Source: Daphnia carinata
Taxonomy: Eukaryota
Reading direction: 5' to 3'
Assembly: GCF_022539665.2 (NCBI RefSeq)
Contig: NC_081331.1
Location: forward strand, 124,001-188,000
DNA length: 64,000 bases
Under the pieces are notes generated by a model. The model had not been told where the DNA came from. It worked only from the letters and a program-made list of their open reading frames with translations, and searched no databases. The position numbers were made by a program, and so were the translations under genes. This document shows positions 53,655 through 64,000 of this stretch, in pieces; position 1 is the stretch's first letter; each line of letters begins with the position of its first letter.

Positions 53655-56600
53655 TTTTAGCCCAGTTATGGCTGAAATTATACAGAGTGGCGGTGCGAAT
53701 AGATTTCGCGCGATTGCACTGAAACCTTTTGACATTTGAAACCGAGTGCGTTGCGTTGCTCGGAAATGGCATCCATGCACGGCCATAAATTTTTGAACGC
53801 TATCTCCTACGCGCTTAAATCCTATGTTTTTCCAAAGAGGAAGTAAGAAAATAAAATGAGACGTCAGTTTTTACTTGTACGCTTCAAAATCTGTATATAA
53901 AAACAGACGATACAGTATCGATTGCACACAGCATACGAAGCCCAGCTTAGGTGGCGATTTACGCAATTATTGCTGATTAATGATGATTACGGCGCAAAGT
54001 TTGAATCCTACACAGAGATAAATCCTATAAAATAAATTTGCTCTTTTGACGTTAGGTGATGAAACGACTGGATGAGAAGAACTAGGAGTCATTCTAATAC
54101 ACTGTCGTATACACGTATGTATATAAAAACTCACATCAAAAAGGCTAAGATCGATAGTACCAGATGCCAACATGGATGCCCTGTACATTCGTCTACGACT
54201 ACTGTCGGCAAGCGATGAAGTTGTGTACAAACAAGAAGAATCACAATGGTTCTATTATCCCCAGATTTGTCGCACAAGATGTTTAGACTACGAATGGAAG
54301 CGTTAAGATGTACCCATGGAAGTTTTTAAATCGATCAAACAAGATAGTGCAACTCGAGGAAGAGATGCAGAGAGAGAATCTTATTGGATGAAGACGGCGA
54401 ATAATCTGAACATTGTGACCCTACGGGTAGGCGAGAAAGTCGGCGAAAGTAAACTCATTGGATCTATCTAAGCCGCTTGACTTTATGGGTGAAAAGGAGG
54501 CCTGTAGAAGAGTTGATAAGTAGGACATCTTAAGGTGGGCAAGACAAGATTCTTCAATACAAATGAACAGTGCTGAGCTGTCGGATAGTCAAAAATGACG
54601 AGGAAGCGGAAGATGTTGTAAGCTCTGTGCATTCTACTCTGCATCTACCCTTTTTCATTCTTCAACAAGAATGATTTAGGCAGGAGACAATTTTATTATA
54701 AATAGCGTGGAACTCAATAACAGTACATGATGCATAGAATCTTAAATGGCAGCATTGCAAGAGCTTTTCTTTCAGGCATCTGTTTGATGCACAAAGTACA
54801 GGCCAACCATTTTATGCAGCAAATGTGCAAAAGCAAAAAAGAAAAAATGCATTATCAAGTTTGGTCTTATTTTGTGCAGCCACAAGCAGCATCTGCTCCG
54901 TCTACAAATGGGGGTTTGTCTAATAAGGATGCGGCAACCGCAAAAGACATCAAAAGCCGTGGCTGTTGTTGTCGGATAAAAGAGTCAGATACATAATGTA
55001 CTATAATGCGGATGCCACTGTTTGTATATGAATAAGCCTCACAGGCATGACGCACAAGGCCCTTTAAATCTATGCATATTGGCGGGGGTGCCTTAAGTAT
55101 ACGGCCAACCCATTATGAACCGTCGCGTGCAGCTGGATATAATGGAACACTGACGTCTACGCAGAATTACTTTTCGTTCGCAGCAAGAGTTCCCGAACGT
55201 TGCGTCAAGTCAACAAACTAAAACCTAAAGGATCAAACCAACGGGTTTTTATCGTTGGCTGTTAAGCGTTACCGATAAAATTGAACCTGTACGTGTATAA
55301 TTACAAACTCGTCAAACGAACAACAGCTGAGTATTTCTCACCGAATATCATCAACTGTTCCATTTTCGTTTGACGCTTTTTTTTTCCGGGGAGAGGGTGA
55401 GGTTGTGCTATTTAGCCGTCGCAGCAAAAGCCTTTTCTTTACATCATCAGAAACCCTTTTTGTACGTTGTCAAGTAATGTTCATCGAATGACAAATGTGC
55501 AAAAGCGTAATCAACGCGTACCCACGTGAATCTATTATCCGTATAGACGTTCGGATGAGGAATGGTTAATTGAAAGGAGATCATTAGTAGCTCGCCGTTG
55601 ATAAGACAAGGCCAACAGCAAGAAAATGGTACGCTATGGATCGATGTAAATCTTGCCAAGCCATACATGTACACACACAGGTAAAAGAAAATTTTCTATG
55701 CGCAGGAGCGCAAAGCGTATTTGACGTTATCCAATGAAACCCTCTATTAAAATGAATTCAACTGATGGTTCCATTTTGCGCAGCTCGCTCGAAAAAAAAA
55801 AATGAATAATTAAACAAAAAGGCACCGAACCGAACGTGCTGAGACAAGAAATCCATTGTAGTCTAGACTCTACTCATCAAAATATGGGGGGGGGGGGTTG
55901 CATTTGCAGCGTTTCCGAAGGCAACGACCTGCACGGGCTCAGCATGTCGTTCACGAACAAAAAATGCAGAATAGCTAATTGTTGTATTTCGTTGTTCTCG
56001 CTAGCGGCAGGAAAGGGAAAAAGATCGGTAATATCATAGCACCAGCAAAAGATATGGGCCGTTCACAAGTGCATTGCACGTCCATCCACTTTCCAACAAC
56101 GAGCTCCTGCTGCTATCGCAACAATCCGGAAGCTGTCGGCCGTGTATGCACAGCAGGAATGCGGCGGGGTTAAAAGCGTGCACTTGCCAATTCCGTTCGC
56201 TGTAATGAAAATGCGACGATTGGATAGATGAAAAAGGCAACTTTAAAGGCAGCCCTGCGTTGCGGCAGAATATGTTTGGTTGCAATGGATGTTCACCTCT
56301 AGTAAGATTTGATGATCATCGCTACGTAGTTATGACAATTTACGCTTTTAACCAAACAAATGGGGAATCCTATGAATAATTAAAAATACAACTAAGAATG
56401 CAGAAAAAAAAAAGAAGCCCTAAAAGAGTGCGTGTCGTGGGCAAGAGTCGATCGATAGTCATCAACAAAACACGGAGAGGGCATCGGGAGATGCCATCAT
56501 CCAAGTTTTGTTTTCCCCCCAAAAAAGTATGGGTACATACAAAAGTAAGGCTCACATTTTTCTTCACCTTTTCTTTTCTGTATTTCACGCCCATCTTTTT

Positions 56601-59600
56601 CGTTCCTGCGCACGTCGGAATCGTAAAACACGCCATCAAACTTCCACGGACCGGGACTCTTTCGTGTCAAAACAAATAAAAAAAGTAAGAAATGAAGGGG
56701 AAACTAAAAACTAGATGAATAAATAAACGAGCAAAATATTTGATGAGTCTTGTGTCCGGATGGGAAAGACGAATGCAAATCATGGAGGACATCCAAAAAT
56801 AGGGGGGTTAAAAAAAATAGGGTGAAACTCATGGCGACAAGATAGCGGGCCGATTGAAGCGCACGAAAATAGACGAAGGCCTGTGAGTTGAACGGAGCGT
56901 ATTAATGGATTATAAAGAGCCATAAAGTGGCTGGGAGCTACAAGTTTGTCCACGTACAGTCAACACGTCAAATGCAAACATTAAGCCAAAGCTATAAAAG
57001 CGGATCAATGTCATCCTACAATATATACAAAACCTGCGTAATCTAGCGTAATGCTTGCGGTCATGATGACAAACGACTAATGCACACACACACACACACA
57101 TAGTACTTTGAAGGCCATGCGAAAAGGCTCTAAACTAATCGAACATTTCGAGCAGAATTTTTCGCCCTTCACAGTACGTCTAAAAATATTCCACGAGTGG
57201 CAAAACTTTACGTACGCAAACAGGCTACGGGTTGAGCCGTTAAAGTAATCCTACGCGGATCATTGGGCTCAAGTCTTTCAATGCAGTATATATCAGAATT
57301 TTAAATCGCGTTTCCATAGTTGCTTTTCTTTTTGGCTACTCTCGTATTCAAGTACGCGCAGGAAAGGGATTCAAACTACAACGACAGCCAAAGGATGTGT
57401 ATGGCAGCGAGAAACGCATTTGAAATAAAAAGGAATTCAACGATCGAAGAACGAGCCAAAGAATATGTTTGACCAAATAGCACTGCCATGTTTGCTTTTT
57501 TTCTTTGCTGGAACATTTGAAATAAATACATCCAGCACTATATACACATCGAGAGGAAAAAAACAAAAAAAAAAAAAAAAAAGCTATGGTGGAACTGCCT
57601 CTCGGTCATTGACACGTAATAGCCGAGTATAGAGCTGCTTCGTTGGAGAGAGATGACGGCGATATAGGGCTGCGTTGACCGCGATCAATACTCTATGAAT
57701 CGGCACATCGCCTTTGAGTGGTCGACGTACGAAAAGAATTTTTGACTCGTGAAACTGGTGCAAACGGCAGCAAACAAACAGATTCGTTACAAACAAACAA
57801 GACAAGAGATATGGCACTATATTGACAGAGTACATAGACGTATAAAGTGTAATATCAGGCGGCCGACGAACGTGATTCGAAAAAGAAATCTGATCGAGTT
57901 GCTGCTCGCACTCATCATAGATAGTAAATACAGTTCCGATGTCTATAGATTGGCCTCATTTCTCAGTTTTTTTTTGCCCCCTTCTTGTTCACGCAGCTTC
58001 AAATCATTTCTCGACATCCCTTTGCAGGTTGTTCGCACACGATGGCCCGATTTCGCCTTTCATCTTTTCTTTTTCGCTTCTATTCCTCACGCCCATCAAT
58101 TCGTACGTCTCCACCTTCGCTTTTTCATCCCTTTCGTTAGCTTCCTTGATTTATAGCCAAAAAGAAAAGAAAAGGGCGTTGGCGCTCCTCCTACGTGCTC
58201 CAAAATTCGTCCTCTCAATAAAAAGAAAAATGAAGACGTGAAAATCGATTGCCATTTACGGAGAAAAAAAAAAAGAGACGGTACACGTAACGCCTACTTT
58301 CAAACTCCCATTACGATAGCGTTGCTGATTCCTCCCTTTTTTTTTTTTTTTACTTAGACCTAGCTGGACATGTATATAGCAGTAACTGCTATCGTTAACA
58401 TGTACATTACATTATCGATTCCACAAAGGGCCTCGTCTGGTGGCGTATACTTTTTGGTTTGCTTACATTCGGACAAAAACGGTGGTCTTAAATGCCATGT
58501 GTAATAGCCCAAGTGTTTGGTGGGTGTTTGGTTCAGATTAACCAGCAACATGAAGGCTGCTCGGTCCCAAATTGAATGCAACTCGCGACACGAAAGAGAC
58601 ACTATTATACAGCAATCCGTCTTTCCAAGGCAATAGAAGATGTGGAAAAGCGAAACATGCACTCGCTTTTTTTTTAAACTGACCAAAGTTTGCAACATTG
58701 GCTGAACTCAAAGCTGTAATCAAACTGTGTTGCAGGCTGATATTCTAAACATTAATAAGCGACAGGAATTTGAGCATGGCTACTTTAGAGGGCGACTGCT
58801 GAAAGTAGCTCAAACTGTTGTAATATTCCGCTTGAGATATTTGCGTCAATTGCCAAAGTTTGGCTTGACTCACCCAAATGGCACAGTCTAGACGCCCAGC
58901 AATTGCTTCAGAGTATAACGTGTTTCATCGTTTCCCACTCGCCGTCCTTTCAAGTCGTTTCATTTACGTCACGCTCCCTCTTAAGCTTTCGCCTCTTTCT
59001 CTCCCTTCTGCAGCTACTGGTTCGATGCAGAAAGACTTTCAGAAAAGGTTATATACCCACTGCAATTACAGCGCAAATATGGAAGGGCAAAAAACCAACA
59101 GTGGAGACAGATTGAGAAACGTAGAGCGTCCCGTGGTAACGGGCGTTTGATCTCCGGTTTCACGGTTCGTTGTACGTGTACACCGAGAAAGAGATACGCT
59201 CACCATCATACAATAAACTCAGCACAACTTTCTCTCTCTCTCTCTCTCTCGAGCCGAACACCGTTGAACAAACATGTTCCAAATGTTTTCGTTTATGAGC
59301 TTTTCAAAGTAGATGATCGGTACGCTAACTTTTACTATCATTTTCAGAGATAATCTCTTGGCTTTTAGCATCTTTTTCTAAATGTTTCGGACGTGGAGAG
59401 CGGGACGCACAGTCACATCCGGAATGCCGTTTTTCAAAAAGAGATAACATTCAATGAACAACGTCAAAGTTTTGATGTAAACGAGTCACAAAGTCAAAGT
59501 TGCAAAAAAGAGACAACAAAAATCGCTTTATCAAAGGAAAACAGGATGTTAAACTGTAGATGGACGATTACCTACGAACTTGCTAGGCAATGAAGAGACA

Positions 59601-62600
59601 AACAAAAGTCTTTTACCTACACAGCCTATAAATATAAAGCCCGTTATCAAGCTACATACATGGAAAGAGAGTAAGCACTTTGCGCTGTCCAAATTGTTTG
59701 CCATCCCTAGGCGTCAATGTTGTGACAAAAGGATTAGTCTACAACCTCATTTCTAGACCATCACTTGTTTGGGTTGTTCAATCTCTTTCGGCACCGGGCG
59801 GCCCCTTTGTTCTACAGATTTTCATCCTCGGCAAGGATGTCTGTTAGTCAGCGGATATAGAGAACAAGAAGAAAGCGAGAGGGAACAGGCAATGGATAGG
59901 GCAGATGAAGGGAGGAAATCAAATTGTCTCCTACTATAATGGACGGATGACGCTGCAGCAGTTAATCAGTGCGCCATGTGACTCTGTTCTATAGATGTGA
60001 ATGCGGCTTAATACGCCGACAGTTTCAGCACGCCAACAATTACACACTTATTAATATTAGTAGCCTATTCCCTCCGTCGTCTGCCCTCGTGTAACATCAA
60101 AAATACAAAAATATATGTATTGATGATGAGGCGCGAATAAACTGACTGGTGAAAAATAGATCCGCGTTTTACTCTATTAGCCAATGTCGATGAGCTGTCA
60201 CATCTGCACTTTGCCGCATCATCTGCACACACGAGGCAATCGGCAGCAAATCAAAAGAGCAACGCGAGTTGGATTCGGTCGCAGATGTCGAAAAAAAATA
60301 ATAAATAAATAAATAAAATAATGCGCGACAAAAGAAAAGAGGGAAATAGAGTTTGGCATGAAGCAAACAACCTTGACGGCAACGTGACATGTGCATTACT
60401 ACTAACACTAGATCTATAGAGAGTGGAAAGGCGTGCGAGTACATAGCGCACATCATTCGGGATATTAGTTCCACCTAATAAACCTATCCTATGACGTGAT
60501 TCTTTATCTTCTTTCACCAGTTGCCCTTCCGTTTTTTTTTTTTCTTTTTTTTCTATTCAACTGAGCGTTTCTTTCATCTCAATTTCAGACGGCGGTTGGA
60601 TGTCTGGTTGATTCGAATCCAACGATTCATTCTCTGCGCTAAAGGATTAAGTTATTAAACGTTTGGTGTGCAACGGAGCAGGGAAGAAAGAAATTGATTT
60701 CGCTCTCGTGGCATTATTACATTTTTCAAATGCCTAAATGATAGACTCGTCGCGCATCCGGGAATTTATGCCAGACGAACGATTCAGCGTTTCTTTTCGA
60801 TTGTGTGCCAGCGAATTTTTTTTTTTTTTTTCTTGGGCAAAGAAAAAAAAAAAAAAATGGAAGGCGACATCAACTTGAAAGGAAACGCCTTGCTTTAGGT
60901 GGAAGCATATAGCGGAAAACGAATTGAAATGTTTCTCCAGGGTTGGCGCAATCAGCGACCGACTGAATCAAAAGTTGAAAGAAAAAAAATTTCGGCAACA
61001 TTTTTGTCCCCCTCCCTTTTTCAGACTCGTTCAATATGATCCAAATAATGTCGAATCGAGCGCCATTGGCCTAATGCAACTAGAAAGGCAATTGTTATAT
61101 ACAGAACGGCTGACCAACAATAACTGAAGTAATAACGACAAGCTTCAGGGGGTACATAAAACAAACAATGAGGAAACACGAATAGACACAAAATAAACAA
61201 AGGCGGACAGAGGCAGAACGAATAGCAGAAAAAGAAAAGATAAAAATAAACATCCAAGCATAGGACAAGAACAAAACGGAAAAAAAAAAAAAGATGAAAG
61301 AGAACGGGTTGGGCAAATAAGATGCAACCAAAGGCTGCTTTGTTTTATGTCCAACCGAATGTGGATATAAAGGAGAAAATATAATCGTAGGTCACCACCC
61401 ATCTGCGGGGAGTATATACAGGCATTACATCTAATGAGATATGGAGGAGATTTGATAGCTGCAACATCGAATAAAGTAATGAGCAACGCGATTACATCAA
61501 CGACTCGCGTTCCCCATCCGGCGCGTACTCGAACGGACAGCACAGACTCCTTTTGTTTCTCAAAAACTAAAAGCGATCGTTTCATTATTTTTAATTGGCC
61601 ATCTTGTCTCTCTGTTATTGCCGTACATTTACTCGACTCGCAACCGTCTCCCTATAAACTCTTGGTTTTGTTTTGTTTTGTTTTGTTTTTTTTTGGATTA
61701 AAGCCGGCCGGAATGGAGTGAAAGTCGATAGGATTCCACTTTGATGCTGTGCATTATTTGCCTTTTTCTTGATTTGCAGCCTTGTTTTCTCTTTCTTTCT
61801 CGTTGTCTGCCATCTCTGCCTTGCAAATGAAATCAATCATCGTGTTTGTTTCTCCGTTTTCCTTTTCAATCCCGTCCGCTTTTCAATTCCAATCAGCCCT
61901 CCTTTTCCCAAGAAAAAAAAAGAAAAAAAGAAATGGAAAATCTAATAAAACGAATCAAGAGATCTGAAGAAAAAGAAAAAAAAAAAAAAAGTAATGGATA
62001 GAAAACTTGGCGGCGAAATATGGAAGAAAACGAGCGCAGACAATGCTTTCTAAGAACGGCATAACGAAGCTGAAATAAAAAAGGACAGAGAGCAAGAAGA
62101 AATTGGATTGAAACTATCTGGGAATACACAGTAGGCTATGTACTGTAGACAAATAGGTGGCGTGATTTCTTCCATCGTGTATATGGACGAAAAATCACAA
62201 GATTGCTTTCTCCACATGTTTGTTGTTATCGATTTCGTGGCAAATTTTTGACGTTGGATGTACGACGACGGTCGTAATAAGCGTACAGCAAAAAAAAAAA
62301 ATGGAGAACGTGTCAGCAAAAAAGGGCCAGTCCCTTTCGTTTGACACGAGCTGTACATTTTGCACGGCATTAATGAGGCTTTTCAGTTATGAATGCAACA
62401 CAATTGCTAGTTTCCTTTTCTGCAGACATTTGACGCAAGCGGACAAAGAGCGTGAATAGACGCTGAAAAAATAAAAGAAAAAGAAAAAAGGATCATTATC
62501 GACAAACATAAAGGAAACGTCATTCCAATATTGACGTTGTGAATTATTAAGCTTAACGAAAGCCTCCGAAGGGCAAAAATGGCAGATGACTGTTAAGGTA

Positions 62601-64000
62601 TTCATAATCCATGAACGCCATCACGAAACGGCGGTACATTAATAAATAGTGAAATTGCAATAGCCAAGTTTTCAATCTTTGTTCGCATTCATTATTTAAT
62701 GACACGCTAGCCAAAATGCCAGCAGTTGAATAGAAACACTTTTTTTTTTTTTGAAAATACGTCGATCCATCGTATTGGCATTGTCCCAATAATTCATCAC
62801 AAATCAAGCCAGTTTCATTTCTTACATGTTTCGTTCTTTGCTAATAAATCAAATAGATTTCTCCCACACCCATTTACACGTAGAAGAAATAAAAGGAAAA
62901 AAAAAAAGAAGGAGCAAAATGTGACAATAGCCAGTCTAACTGCGTTAACTAGGCAATATTAGTGCATCAACTATTTCGACATGGTTGTCTTACATTTAAT
63001 AGTTGTCTGGAGCCAACGTGTCCAACGCTCGACGTGTCTCTTGTCAACCGACGTGACACGAAGGCTTATATTCTAAATGATTAGCAAAATGAGAACTGCG
63101 CAGCATAGAACTGCCTCCAATCAATAAGGATATGGGCTTTAATAATAACAATCGGCACTACCGAATAATGCAGAAACAATGCAAAACCCTGCACCCGTAT
63201 TAGGCTAATAGCAAAAGACGCTTACAAGCAGAATGAGGACGCTTCTTTATATTATGGAATATGGGGGGAATTCCTCGAAGGGCAATGGTGCTCAAGGGTG
63301 GAATCATTTCTGGCAGCATCTCGTATGAATCTTTATTTTATTTGGTTCCAAAGAAGAGAGACTCGAGGGAACGCTTGTATCAGGATCCCGATGGCTTACG
63401 ATGCTGACTGGGCAACGAGAAAAAGAACAAGGACGCTCTCTATATATCCTACCTAGAGACGCACCAGAGGCGGACAAACATCACATGTATATTTCAAGTC
63501 GGACTGTTGAAACGCAAATGAAAAAAAAAAAAAAAAATAAGAAATAAAAATGACTGCAGCTAAACTTGTGCGTAGAATACCAAATGTGAACGCGCACTGA
63601 CCTTTGTGCTTGAGCTCTACAGCACGGAATGGCCGTCTGTATTAGAGTGCTCTATTTTCCTCGTTTGGTCGAAATCAAAAGAAAAGGGAGGCGGATTCAC
63701 ACAAGAAATGGGAAAACCGCAACCAACAAAGAACCAGCTGGATGACACGTTAAAACAACCAAGGGTCTAGTTGTTGACTAATCATGAAAGCGAAAAGAGT
63801 CTTGACGATTCTTGGTAGATATGTACGTATCTGGGCCAACTTGACGGGCAGAGTCTGGAAGGAAAGACTGCCGAAAGTGTCTCTTGGGCTCCAATTCGAA
63901 ACAAGCACTCGACATCCATCCCAGCATCTCTCTTGTCGCCTAGACTCTTTGCTCGTACGTCATTATCACCATATCTAACCCTTAAATCGAGACGCTACGA

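Noticed and set aside
54700..64000. Numerous short ORFs
   Set aside because: F/K-rich translations of poly-A/T tracts; consistent with intronic or upstream regulatory DNA.

Overview
Eukaryotic, gene-dense genomic DNA with many ~55-80 nt GT-AG introns and arthropod-type proteins. The style is most consistent with a Daphnia-like crustacean (inference). Manually spliced genes: an unknown single-pass membrane protein, a secreted DxNxDG-repeat protein, MVB12, ABCF1, SWT1, SIRT2, DNTTIP2/Fcf2, UAP56/DDX39B, B3GALT6, MAN2C1, unc-104/KIF1A, a BC-box LRR protein and a GPR158/179-like GPCR. The first ~5 kb and last ~10 kb look non-coding. The standout is a 5,013-bp palindromic (foldback) element at 18681-23693 with TATGG...CCATA ends and a 6-bp TSD (IS3EU-like signature). 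Each ~2.2-kb arm carries an inward-facing decayed multi-exon gene and an outward-facing hairpin-dense putative RNA, and the spacer holds divergent tRNA-like heads. Also notable: an unassigned ~410-nt structured-RNA candidate between MVB12 and ABCF1, an intronic H/ACA snoRNA candidate in UAP56 matching the 18S site equivalent to human U1238, and a long, probably regulatory UAP56 intron. All calls are by eye; no searches or folding programs were run.
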